A stretch of DNA of 45,013 nt from Methanomassiliicoccaceae archaeon UBA354 (GTDB taxonomy: Archaea > Thermoplasmatota > Thermoplasmata > Methanomassiliicoccales > Methanomethylophilaceae), in the NCBI GenBank assembly GCA_002497195.1, contig DAMX01000033.1:5634-50646 (forward strand), written 5' to 3'. The notes under the pieces are model-generated. The model made no database searches and had not been told where the DNA came from. It was given only the letters and a program-made list of their open reading frames with translations. Positions 9,654 to 18,687 of this stretch are shown piece by piece. The translations under genes were made by a program, and so were the position numbers. Every line of letters starts with the position of its first letter. The stretch's first letter is position 1.

Positions 9654-11276
9654 ATGTCTTCAACAACACAACCTAGCGCACTCAAGAAGGGACTTCCCAA
9701 GAAGACGGAATCGGTCTGTCCAGAATGTGGAAAGATTATTGAAGCGAACGTCTATGAGAAGGACGGCAAAGTGTTCATGGACAAAGATTGCCCCGAACAC
9801 GGACAGTTCTCCGATATATATTGGTCCAATGCCCAGGCGTACCTCCGGGCCGAGCACTTTGCATACGACGGGGTCGGCCTCAGGAATCCACATGACAAAT
9901 CGCTCGCGGCAGGGGAGAACGTAAACTTCCTTGTGGACGGAAAGAAATACAACCTTCTGTCCTGTACGGCCCTGGCCCTTATCGATCTGACGAACAGATG
10001 TAACATGAACTGCCCGATATGCTTCGCCAACGCTAACCAGGCCGGATATGTTTACGAACCCTCTTACGATGAGGTGGTGGCGATGATGGAGGCACTCCGC
10101 GCGGAGGAGCCCATCAAGTGTACCGCTGTCCAGTTCTCCGGAGGAGAGCCCACCGTCCACCCGAGGCTGGCGGACATAATCAGAAAGTCCAAGGAGCTGA
10201 AATTCGCACAGGTCCAGGTGGCCACCAACGGCATCGTATTCGCAAAGGACTATGAGAAACTGAAGGCATGCAAAGAGGCGGGCCTGAACACGATATATCT
10301 CTCCTTCGACGGTGTAAGCGACGACGTCTACCTTCAGGCCAGGGACAGGAAGATGTTCGACATAAAGCTGAAGGTGATCGAGAACTGCAGAAGGCTCAAG
10401 GCGGAAATCGGCCACTCGCCGTCCATCGTCCTCGTGCCCACGCTGGTCAGAGGGGTCAACGACCACCAGGTAGGAGCCATAACCAAATTCGCCTTCGATC
10501 ACGCCGATGTGATCCGCGGAATCAACTTCCAGCCTGTGGCCTTCACGGGCAGGATAACCAGGGAAGAGGTTTCCAAGGGCAGGATAACCCTCACGGACCT
10601 GGTAGACAGGTTCGGCGAGCAGACCGGATACACGGTGCCGGAGGACTGGTACCCTGTCCCTGTCGTGGCTCCGATATCCAACTTCGCCTCGGAGTTCCTG
10701 TCTCAGAACAAGGTAACGTTCACCGCCCACCCCCACTGCGGCCTGGCGACATACCTGTTCCAGTCCGAGGACGGAAAGGTAACGCCGCTCCCCAGGTTCG
10801 TCGACATAAAGATGTTCTCCGACGGCCTGAGCAGCATAGCCATGAAGATGGAGGATTCCAAATTCAGGAAGATCAGGGCGATCGGCGTGCTGAGGCTTCT
10901 GAACAAATGCGTAGACAGCAGCAAGATGCCTCCCGGCATGACCAAGAAGAAGTTCATCGATGCCATAACGAGCATAATGGGTAGCAAATCCAAGAAGACC
11001 CTCGCCAATTTCTCGTGGAAGATGATGTACGTCGGAGCCATGCATTTCCAGGATTCGTTCAACTACGACGTCTCGAGGGTCGAGCGCTGCGCAATTCACT
11101 ACATAACACCGGACCTGAAGGTAATACCCTTCTGCGCATACAACGGCGGGCCGGAATATCGTGCAGAGGTCGAAGCCCGCTTCTCGATCCCGCTCGCGGA
11201 GTGGAAACAGCGGAACAAGGAAGAGGCGAAGGCGCTGGAAGAAGCATTGGTGGTCCCCGAGGACCAGAGAGCTTGA
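9654..11276 (+). CDS. tes: Radical SAM tetraether lipid synthase (Tes/GDGT-MAS, MJ0619 family)
   Basis: N-terminal CPEC...CPEHG metal site, radical SAM CNMNCPIC, HPHCG and C-terminal RCAIHY...PFCAYN motifs; next to ferredoxin and GGR. Confidence 0.85.
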   Translation: MSSTTQPSALKKGLPKKTESVCPECGKIIEANVYEKDGKVFMDKDCPEHGQFSDIYWSNAQAYLRAEHFAYDGVGLRNPHDKSLAAGENVNFLVDGKKYNLLSCTALALIDLTNRCNMNCPICFANANQAGYVYEPSYDEVVAMMEALRAEEPIKCTAVQFSGGEPTVHPRLADIIRKSKELKFAQVQVATNGIVFAKDYEKLKACKEAGLNTIYLSFDGVSDDVYLQARDRKMFDIKLKVIENCRRLKAEIGHSPSIVLVPTLVRGVNDHQVGAITKFAFDHADVIRGINFQPVAFTGRITREEVSKGRITLTDLVDRFGEQTGYTVPEDWYPVPVVAPISNFASEFLSQNKVTFTAHPHCGLATYLFQSEDGKVTPLPRFVDIKMFSDGLSSIAMKMEDSKFRKIRAIGVLRLLNKCVDSSKMPPGMTKKKFIDAITSIMGSKSKKTLANFSWKMMYVGAMHFQDSFNYDVSRVERCAIHYITPDLKVIPFCAYNGGPEYRAEVEARFSIPLAEWKQRNKEEAKALEEALVVPEDQRA

Positions 11277-11287
11277 GGTAAGATAAC

Positions 11288-11458
11288 ATGACGATATTGG
11301 TTGATTTTTACAAATGCCTCCACTGCGGTGGATGCGTCGGGTCCTGCCCGAAGAACGCGATATACCTGAATGACTTCGTTCTCGAATTCAACGACAAATG
11401 CAACTCCTGCGGAAGGTGCGTCAAGATATGTCCGGTCGCGGCGCTCAGGATGGAATGA
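11288..11458 (+). CDS. 2x[4Fe-4S] ferredoxin, 56 aa (not in ORF track)
   Basis: Manual translation MTILVDFYKCLHCGGCVGSCPKNAIYLNDFVLEFNDKCNSCGRCVKICPVAALRME*; two CxxCxxCxxxCP motifs; GAGGT RBS upstream. Confidence 0.93.
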   Translation: MTILVDFYKCLHCGGCVGSCPKNAIYLNDFVLEFNDKCNSCGRCVKICPVAALRME

Positions 11459-11462
11459 TACT

Positions 11463-12656
11463 ATGAAGACCTATAACTGCGACATAGTGATTGTCGGCGC
11501 GGGACCCGGAGGCAGCATGGCCGCCAAATTCTGCGCCCAGGCGGGATTGGACACCATCATCATCGAAAAGAAGGCCGAGATAGGCGCGCCCCTCAGATGC
11601 GCCGAAGGCGTATCTAAGAAATGGCTAGAGGAGGTCGGCATCGCCCCCGACCCCGCATGGATATGCGCCGACATGGCTGGAGCCGTAATAAGATCGCCCA
11701 GCGGATACACCTTCCAGCTTGACGAGAGCAAGGCCGGGTCCGAGGTCGGATACGTACTGGAGAGGCACCTGTTCGACAAGGCCCTGGCGAGGGACGCCGC
11801 GGACGCGGGCGCCAAAATAATGATGCGCACCTCTTGCACAGACGTCATAAGGAAGGACGGCAAGCTCGTCGGAATCAAGGCCAAGAGCATGGGGGAACCC
11901 ATCGAGATATACGCCGACTGCGTGGTCGCCGCCGACGGATACGAGTCACAGGTGGCCAGGTGGGCAGGCATCGAGACGGTGCCCAAGATGAACGACATCG
12001 ACACGTGCATCCAGTACAGGATGTCCAACATCGATATCGACCAGCAGTACTGCGAGTTCGTCATCGGGAACGACATAGCGCCCGGAGGATACCTCTGGCT
12101 GTTCCCCAAGGGGAACCGCTCCGCCAACGTAGGGATCGGCGTGATGGCCAAACGCTGCAAGAACCCCGGCGACCCCAAATATTACCTGGACAAATTCATT
12201 GCAGGCGATGAGCGCCTCAAGAACGGGCAGATCCTCGAAGTGGTCGGAGGCATGGTCTCCACCTGCCCCGGACTCGACTCGGCAACGGACGACAACCTAA
12301 TAATAGTCGGAGATGCGGCGAGGATAATCGACCCGATCACCGGCGGAGGCATATGCCACGCATGCAGGACGGGGATGTACGCAGGCAAGGTGCTCGCCGA
12401 CTGCGCCAATAAGAAAGACTTCTCCAAAGCGGCCCTCAAGCCATATGAGAAGATGTGGCGCGACAGGATGGAGGATAAGATCTACAGGAACTGGATAGCC
12501 AAGGAGAGGCTCAACGAGCTTGACGACGATACCATAGACGATCTCATCAAGATCATAAGCACCTCCGATATCGGAGAGGTCAATGTGTACAACCTCCTGA
12601 AGGTCATCAAGGAGAAGTATCCCAAGGTCGTCGAAGGTTTCGAAGATCTGATCTGA
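11463..12656 (+). CDS. Digeranylgeranylglycerophospholipid reductase (geranylgeranyl reductase family)
   Basis: FAD-binding GAGPGG, CAEG, PGGYLWLFPKG and GDAA..IDPITGGGI motifs; start ATG 11463. Confidence 0.92.
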   Translation: MKTYNCDIVIVGAGPGGSMAAKFCAQAGLDTIIIEKKAEIGAPLRCAEGVSKKWLEEVGIAPDPAWICADMAGAVIRSPSGYTFQLDESKAGSEVGYVLERHLFDKALARDAADAGAKIMMRTSCTDVIRKDGKLVGIKAKSMGEPIEIYADCVVAADGYESQVARWAGIETVPKMNDIDTCIQYRMSNIDIDQQYCEFVIGNDIAPGGYLWLFPKGNRSANVGIGVMAKRCKNPGDPKYYLDKFIAGDERLKNGQILEVVGGMVSTCPGLDSATDDNLIIVGDAARIIDPITGGGICHACRTGMYAGKVLADCANKKDFSKAALKPYEKMWRDRMEDKIYRNWIAKERLNELDDDTIDDLIKIISTSDIGEVNVYNLLKVIKEKYPKVVEGFEDLI

Positions 12657-12666
12657 AAACAACTTA

Positions 12667-12700
12667 CCGGCCTCACGGCCGGAAAGATTATTTTTATATT
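12667..12700. terminator. Probable bidirectional terminator between GGR and mvk
   Basis: CCGGCC-TCAC-GGCCGG stem-loop followed by an A/T-rich tract between convergent genes. Confidence 0.55.
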
Positions 12701-13632
12701 TTGTCTCCCGCCGTCACCCCGGGCACGCCGGTCTTCACGATCATGGGGTTTCCTCCGTGGAGGCGGATCGTCTCGCATACCTTTTCGGGCCTGTCGGTAA
12801 GGGCGATCATGCTCCCTCCCCCTCCTGCGCCCGTCAGCTTGGAGCCGTAGGAGTATTCGGCCGCCGCATCGACCAGACGGTTGAGCTCTGGGCTCGACAC
12901 CCCAAGGATGGACAGCAGTTTGTGGTCTGCCGTCATTAGCCTCCCCAGTTTCACACGGTCGTTCCTCCGGAGCGCATCGGCACCCTCCAGGGTCACCGAG
13001 CCTATCTCTTCTACGATATCTTTGGCGAAACTGTTGCGGTCCTTGTATCTGCGGACCTTTTCCACCAGGGGGCCCGTAAGGGCCTTGATCCCCGTATATC
13101 CGACAACGAACGTCATCTCGGGAGCATGGACGTCGCAGACGTTCCACCTGTTCCCGTTGCGTTCTATCGTCCACAGGGGTTCGCCTTCGCATGGTATGTT
13201 CACTCCGATGCCCCCTCCGTGGACGGAGGCGGAAGTGTCCATAGGGCTTCCGATGCCCTGGGCTCCGAACTCGGCCTCGTAGGCTTCGTTGATTATATCC
13301 TTTTCATCGGCGGGCCTTCCCAGCATTGTGCGCACCGCGCACGACAGGGCGGCCGAAAGGGCGGCGGAGGAACCTAGACCTGACCCGGAAGGCAGGTCGC
13401 TCTCGGTCACGATGCTGATACTGTCTACGCCGTTCGCTTTCAGTACGTGGCGCATGTGGGGATGGAGCGAAAGGTCCTCCGGCATCCCGTTGAGAAGAAG
13501 CCTGTCGCTGTCGCTCACGGTGCAACGGAAGCGTCTGTCGATCGCCAGTGCGACCGCGGGTTTGCCGTAGACCACGGCGTGCTCTCCCAGGACCACGAAT
13601 TTCCCAGGTGCCGATGCGGACGCCGATCTCAT
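12694..13632 (-). CDS. mvk: Mevalonate kinase
   Basis: APGKFVVLGEHAVVYG, GHMP motif PSGSGLGSSAA, SPMDT, SKLTGAGGGG; start ATG 13632 overlaps the upstream stop. Confidence 0.93.
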   Translation of the reverse strand: MRSASASAPGKFVVLGEHAVVYGKPAVALAIDRRFRCTVSDSDRLLLNGMPEDLSLHPHMRHVLKANGVDSISIVTESDLPSGSGLGSSAALSAALSCAVRTMLGRPADEKDIINEAYEAEFGAQGIGSPMDTSASVHGGGIGVNIPCEGEPLWTIERNGNRWNVCDVHAPEMTFVVGYTGIKALTGPLVEKVRRYKDRNSFAKDIVEEIGSVTLEGADALRRNDRVKLGRLMTADHKLLSILGVSSPELNRLVDAAAEYSYGSKLTGAGGGGSMIALTDRPEKVCETIRLHGGNPMIVKTGVPGVTAGDKI

Positions 13633-14147
13633 TCCAGCAGCCCGTATTTCTTCATGCTTTCGGTGATCGCATCGTTGGGGTTCCTCTGTCCCAGCAAAGG
13701 CTGGGGGATCGACCACCACTGCTCCTCGAACTCCCTAAGTGCGCTCTCGTACCGCTCGTCGTCTTCGAATTGCTTCGAATCGATGCTCAGGAGAGCTTTG
13801 CTCTGTTCTTTGAAGAGGTCGACGCCGTACTTCTTGTTCGTAATGGCCACGCCGATGTAGCTGTCGAATGCGTAGGTCATCTCTTCGGACAGCTCGTCCG
13901 GAGTGCACTCCATGACCATGTCCAGAACCGAGTTTATGGCCATTTTGAATATCAGCTCGCGCTTCGCCTCTTCGGGCATCTTCTCGGTATCGACGGATTC
14001 CATCATGTCATCGAATATCAGGTCGCGAAGCGCCGAAACTCTGTTGGGGTTTTTGCCGAAGAGCTGTTTTGCCAGAATTTCTTCTTCGGATTCTTGCTCA
14101 TCGTTGCCGAACAGTCCCGCATTCGGGTCGTAATTGTCGTTGTTCAT
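13629..14147 (-). CDS. Acidic hypothetical protein, 172 aa
   Basis: Clean ORF with ATGA overlaps to both neighbours; C-terminal WWSIPQPLLGQRNP motif. Confidence 0.75.
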   Translation of the reverse strand: MNNDNYDPNAGLFGNDEQESEEEILAKQLFGKNPNRVSALRDLIFDDMMESVDTEKMPEEAKRELIFKMAINSVLDMVMECTPDELSEEMTYAFDSYIGVAITNKKYGVDLFKEQSKALLSIDSKQFEDDERYESALREFEEQWWSIPQPLLGQRNPNDAITESMKKYGLLE

Positions 14148-15271
14148 CTTCTAAGCTCCTTGACGGTTTTCTCCAGTATGTCCATTCCTGCTGATAGTTT
14201 CTTCTCGTCCGCGGCATAAGAGAATCTGAGATGTCCCTCGCCGTATCTTCCGAACGCCGATCCCGGGGTGCATATGAGCCCTTTGGCGGCCAGTGTGTTG
14301 GCGAGCTCCTGGGAGCTTATCTTCATGTCGAAAGACGGAAAGGCATAGAACGCCCCCCTGGGCGGGACCATGCTCATGCCGTCTATATCATTGATCCTTT
14401 CGGTTACGAGGTCGCGCCTGGACCTGAAGGTCTTTCTTGCTCCTTCCAGGTAAGCGTCGATCCCCGGAAGCGCGGCAAGCACGCCGTACTGAGAAGGCAT
14501 CGCGGGGCTTGCACATACATGGTACTGCATCTTGACAAGGTCTGCGATATGCTCTTTTTCGGCGCAGATGAACCCGAGTCTCCAGCCGGTCACGGCCATC
14601 ATCTTCGAGAATCCGTTGACGACCATGGCTCGGTCCAGCCTGTTCATGAACGAGAGGTGCTTCCCCTCGTAGACGAAGGAATCGTAGACCTCGTCCGCCA
14701 GGATGAATATGCCGCTGTCGTCGGCGACGTCAAGCAGCGCATTGTAAGATTCCTGCGATAGCACTCCACCCGTCGGGTTCGAGGGATTGTTGACCACGAT
14801 CATCTTTGTGCGGTCGGTGATCCTGCTCTGGATATCATCGATGTCGGGCTGGAATTCTCCCTCGGTGAGCTTGTATTCCGAATACGTCCCTCCGGCGAGA
14901 ACGGAATGCGGCCCGTATATAACGAATCCGGGGCTGGGCACAAGCACCTCGTCTCCGGGATCTATGAAAGACTGCGATATCTCCAGCAGTGCAGTGGACC
15001 CGCTGGGAGTTATCATGATGTTCTCCTCGTCCATCTCTCCGTACATCCGGTATCTTTCTGCGACCGCCCTCCTGAGGTCCGGGATGCCGGCGGTCGGACC
15101 GTATTTGTTCTTTCCCTCCGATGCCGCCCTGTTCATGCCCTCGACCGCCTCCCCGGGGGGCTGAATGTCCGGCTCTCCGAGTCCGAGGTTGATCGAGTCC
15201 GGCCCTGCCAGATCGAACATCTTTCTGATCCCTGACATGGGGATCGAAGACAGTCTTTTCGATGGATCCAT
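14144..15271 (-). CDS. PLP-dependent aminotransferase class I/II
   Basis: NLGLGEPD, NNPSNPTG, ADEVY and GFSKMMAVTGWRLG (PLP lysine) motifs. Confidence 0.94.
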   Translation of the reverse strand: MDPSKRLSSIPMSGIRKMFDLAGPDSINLGLGEPDIQPPGEAVEGMNRAASEGKNKYGPTAGIPDLRRAVAERYRMYGEMDEENIMITPSGSTALLEISQSFIDPGDEVLVPSPGFVIYGPHSVLAGGTYSEYKLTEGEFQPDIDDIQSRITDRTKMIVVNNPSNPTGGVLSQESYNALLDVADDSGIFILADEVYDSFVYEGKHLSFMNRLDRAMVVNGFSKMMAVTGWRLGFICAEKEHIADLVKMQYHVCASPAMPSQYGVLAALPGIDAYLEGARKTFRSRRDLVTERINDIDGMSMVPPRGAFYAFPSFDMKISSQELANTLAAKGLICTPGSAFGRYGEGHLRFSYAADEKKLSAGMDILEKTVKELRR

Positions 15272-15349
15272 ACGCCGTAATCGTGTGCGCTTCCTATATT
15301 ATTTTAGCCACTAGCACCAGTTTTATATTGTCATGCCGTTGGGGAACCG

Positions 15350-15619
15350 ATGGATAAGCGTTTAAGGTTTTTATGGCCCATATTCAACACCGTAGGGATC
15401 TTCGCAACGGTCCTGGGAATGTTCGGGATCATCGGTATGATCGAGCTTGCAGGTTCGATGTTCCTTTTCTTATCGGGCATGCTGCTCATCGCGATATCCG
15501 CGGCGATCGTTCTCTACGACGCCCATAAGATGGGCATTTTGAAAGAGCAAGTATGCTGCAACACCGAAAAATGCGATCCCGAGGATAAAAGGAATGACGG
15601 GGACGGAAAGGATGAGTAA
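15350..15619 (+). CDS. Small membrane protein, two predicted TM helices
   Basis: Two hydrophobic segments and a charged Cys-containing tail; TTTTATA upstream; overlaps the start of the next gene. Confidence 0.65.
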   Translation: MDKRLRFLWPIFNTVGIFATVLGMFGIIGMIELAGSMFLFLSGMLLIAISAAIVLYDAHKMGILKEQVCCNTEKCDPEDKRNDGDGKDE

Positions 15620-16757
15620 GGCCCTGAACGCGGAAATGCTCTACTTCATGTTCGAGTCCGCGAACATGCACAGGTGGAACGACCACCTGAGGCCGCTGGA
15701 CCTCACAGAACAGGACAAGCAGTCGCACAAGGCTGCCATTGCATGGGTGATAGCCAAATTCGAGGAGGATGAAGGCAGGGATATAGATTGGCGCGCGCTC
15801 ATCGAGCACAACCTATTCGAGCTTATAAGCCGCCTGGTCCTTACGGACCTGAAGCCACAGTTTTACCACCGCATAGTCGACGAGAAGTTCGACCAGGTCA
15901 ACGAGTACGTGATCAAGGAATTCGACAGGAACGTACCCGATACCGATCCGGAGTTCCGGAAACGCCTTTCCTATTACCTGAAATCGAAAAGGGACTCCCC
16001 GGAGGACCGGATAATAGATGCGGCCCATTATCTTGCAACCAAATGGGAGTTCGACCTCATATATGAAATGAACAAAGGGATGTTCGATGCGGATAACACG
16101 AAAAAAGCCATCGACGGACAGATAGCCAGACATGAAAACCTTGCCGGTGTGAGAATGATAATGGCCGGCGGAGGGATAAAGGGCTTCGTGGACCTCATAG
16201 GACAGCTTAGGTTCCAACAGAGATGGGCAAGGACCCCGAGGATACCTAAAACCACTGTGCTGGGTCATTCTCTCATGGTGGCAAACTCTATCTTCCTGCA
16301 CGACCTGGATGCCGGGGCCGCCGATAAGCAGATCTACAACGATTATTACGCCGGCCTGTTCCACGACCTACCGGAAGTGCTGACCAAAGACGTGATATCG
16401 CCCGTGAAAAACAATGTGAGCGGTCTCGCCCAGATGCTGGAGGGATACGAGAGGGAGCAGATCGAGTCAAAACTGATGCCCCTCATCCCCGAGTCCTGGC
16501 GCGGGGAGATGGAATTCCTTACTTACGAACCCTTCTCCGATTCGGACGATACTGGTTACGGTATGCGCGCAGGGCGCGACATCAAATCCTGCGACCTTCT
16601 GGCAGCGTACATCGAAGCTCACGTGTCCGCAAGCTACGGGATCAGCTCCCAGTCCCTCACCGAAGGCAAGGAGGAGCTGCTGACCCGCCTGGTGAACACG
16701 GGCGACGGGATAGGGGCCAGAGAACTGGTGGTCAGGCTAGGACGCATCAAAATTTAA
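15612..16757 (+). CDS. Tandem YfbR-like HD-domain phosphohydrolase
   Basis: Two repeats: MHRWND..SH...DLKP and QQRWAR..GHSL..FHDLPEVLTKDVISPVK..CDLL. Confidence 0.85.
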   Translation: MSKALNAEMLYFMFESANMHRWNDHLRPLDLTEQDKQSHKAAIAWVIAKFEEDEGRDIDWRALIEHNLFELISRLVLTDLKPQFYHRIVDEKFDQVNEYVIKEFDRNVPDTDPEFRKRLSYYLKSKRDSPEDRIIDAAHYLATKWEFDLIYEMNKGMFDADNTKKAIDGQIARHENLAGVRMIMAGGGIKGFVDLIGQLRFQQRWARTPRIPKTTVLGHSLMVANSIFLHDLDAGAADKQIYNDYYAGLFHDLPEVLTKDVISPVKNNVSGLAQMLEGYEREQIESKLMPLIPESWRGEMEFLTYEPFSDSDDTGYGMRAGRDIKSCDLLAAYIEAHVSASYGISSQSLTEGKEELLTRLVNTGDGIGARELVVRLGRIKI

Positions 16758-18022
16758 TTCCCGATGGTCTCCCTGCCGCCCATATAGGGCCTCAGGACTT
16801 CCGGTATCGTGACGGTGCCGTCCCCGTTCTGGTAGTTCTCCAATATGGCCACCATGGTCCTGGGCAGAGCCAGGCCGGAGCCGTTCAGCGTGTGTACGAA
16901 CTCGCTCTTCAGGTGAGGTTCGGGGCGGTACTTGATCCTGGTCCTGCGGGCCTGGAAGTCGGTGAAGTTGGAACAGGAGGACGCCTCGAGCCAGGCTTCC
17001 TTGGCAGGTGCGAATATCTCCAGGTCGTAGCACTTGCTGCACGAGAAGCTCATGTCCCCCGTGCATAGCAGCAGGACCCGGTACGGCAGCCCAAGGCCCC
17101 TGATGAGCTCCTCTGCGTTCCCTCTCAGCTCCTCGAGCACGTCGTATGAGGTCTCCGGCAGGACGAACCTCACCATCTCCACCTTATTGAACTCGTGGAC
17201 CCTGATTATCCCTCTTGTGTCAGCATGCTTTCCGACCTCTCTGCGGAAAGACGGCAGATATGCAGTGAACAATATCGGCAGTTCATCTTTTGCCAGTATC
17301 TCGTCCTGGAGCATGTTGGTGAGAGGCACTTCCGCGGTCGGGTTCAGGTAGAGGTCGTCCTTCTCCATATAATACATGTCGTCTTTCAGGTTGGGGTACT
17401 GGCCTGTGCCGGTGACGGCCGCCCTGTTGACGACGACAGGAGGGAAAACCTCCTTGTACCCCTGTTTCCCGTGCACGTCCAGGAAGTAGTTGATCAGTGC
17501 CCTCTCGAGCCTTGCGCCGTCGCCCTTGAGGCAGTAGAATCCGCTTCCGGCTACCTTCGTCCCCCTCTCGAAATCGATGATGTCCAGGTCCTCTCCGATC
17601 TCCCAGTGCTCTTTCGGCTTGAAATCGAATTTCCTCTTCTCCCCCCACTCGTAGACGACCACGTTTTCCGAGCTGTCCTTTCCGAGCGGGACGCTGCTGT
17701 GAGGTATGTTGGGGATGTTCAGCACGCACTCGTTCCTGACCTCTTCGAGTTCGGACATCCTTGCATCGTTGGACTTGATCCTGTCGCCGATCCCCCTCAT
17801 CTCGGAGATCTTGGCATCTTTGTCCGCGCCCTTCTGCATTTTTGCAATCTCCGCGGAAACTTCGTTGCGGACCTTCCTGAGCTCGTTGTTCTCATTTGTG
17901 AGGGCCCTCCATTCGGAATCGGCCTCCAGGAACCTGTCCAGGACCACGACGTCCTTGTTCCTGCTCAAGAGCATGGCCCTTATCATATCGGGTTCAGACC
18001 TAATGATGTTGACATCAAGCAT
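16754..18022 (-). CDS. serS: Serine--tRNA ligase (standard type)
   Basis: N-terminal coiled-coil arm, PTAEVPL, FRREVG..RGIIRVHEFNKVE, SCSNFTDFQARR, HTLNGSGLA. Confidence 0.97.
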   Translation of the reverse strand: MLDVNIIRSEPDMIRAMLLSRNKDVVVLDRFLEADSEWRALTNENNELRKVRNEVSAEIAKMQKGADKDAKISEMRGIGDRIKSNDARMSELEEVRNECVLNIPNIPHSSVPLGKDSSENVVVYEWGEKRKFDFKPKEHWEIGEDLDIIDFERGTKVAGSGFYCLKGDGARLERALINYFLDVHGKQGYKEVFPPVVVNRAAVTGTGQYPNLKDDMYYMEKDDLYLNPTAEVPLTNMLQDEILAKDELPILFTAYLPSFRREVGKHADTRGIIRVHEFNKVEMVRFVLPETSYDVLEELRGNAEELIRGLGLPYRVLLLCTGDMSFSCSKCYDLEIFAPAKEAWLEASSCSNFTDFQARRTRIKYRPEPHLKSEFVHTLNGSGLALPRTMVAILENYQNGDGTVTIPEVLRPYMGGRETIGN

Positions 18023-18031
18023 CCTATCATC

Positions 18032-18325
18032 TCAGAATTTTTTCTGGCACAACGAATTCCATGTACGCTTGTCTGTGAGAACTATAACTCCTCCGCGGAC
18101 ATCTATGGCTACGGATTCCGTCGCCTCGGCTATCTCTGCCGCTATGTCGGAGGTATCGCTCTCGGAGTTGGGGAGCACCTTTACCTTGATCAGCCTGTTC
18201 TTCTTCAGCTGTTTCACGATCTCTTCCATGAGACCTTCGTCCGTACCTTCCTTTCCGACGTGAACTGTCGGATCAAGCTCGTTGGCGCGTCTCATCAGCT
18301 CTTTTCTGGCTTCTTTCTCGGTCAT
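18032..18325 (-). CDS. YhbY/CRM-domain RNA-binding protein
   Basis: LDPTVHVGKEG...LIKVKVL...VRGGVIVL pattern; 97 aa. Confidence 0.9.
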   Translation of the reverse strand: MTEKEARKELMRRANELDPTVHVGKEGTDEGLMEEIVKQLKKNRLIKVKVLPNSESDTSDIAAEIAEATESVAIDVRGGVIVLTDKRTWNSLCQKKF

Positions 18326-18641
18326 CTCTCTGTTCCCTCGTATACGGAAGACGTTTGACGGCGCCGCATTCGGCGCACGTGATGCTGACCCGGCCGCAGT
18401 TCAGCCTTACGGTGCAGTTGACTCCCGGCAGCAGAGGTATGAGGCAGTCCTCGCAGTACCTGAAATCCTTGGGGATCCCGGTCCGGGTCTTCATGCCTAT
18501 GCGCCTCGAGAGTTCGACATAACGCCTCGCCCTGTCCGCCCTCCCCTCCTTCACGGCCTCAGCGGCCATGGACGTCAGCACTTTTATTCGGTGCGAGCCC
18601 AGGTCCGATGCCTGCCTGGAGGAGACGCGTCTCTTTGACAT
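18273..18641 (-). CDS. rnp4: Ribonuclease P protein component 4 (Rpp21)
   Basis: ARRYVELSRRI, CEDC..LLPG.NC.VR and CAECG..KRLPY zinc ribbon. Confidence 0.9.
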   Translation of the reverse strand: MSKRRVSSRQASDLGSHRIKVLTSMAAEAVKEGRADRARRYVELSRRIGMKTRTGIPKDFRYCEDCLIPLLPGVNCTVRLNCGRVSITCAECGAVKRLPYTREQRDDRERSQKRADETRQRA

Positions 18642-18687
18642 CGTTTGGTCACAATGCGCGGGTAATATAAATATTAGGGAGAAAAAT

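Noticed and set aside
9660..11099. Long antisense/alternative-frame ORFs (e.g. 9660-11099, 17195-18358, 33883-35154, 43100-43951)
   Set aside because: Shadows of well-supported genes caused by GC-rich codon bias; no recognisable motifs
16754..18022. Methanogen-type (atypical) SerRS
   Set aside because: Length and motifs match the standard type
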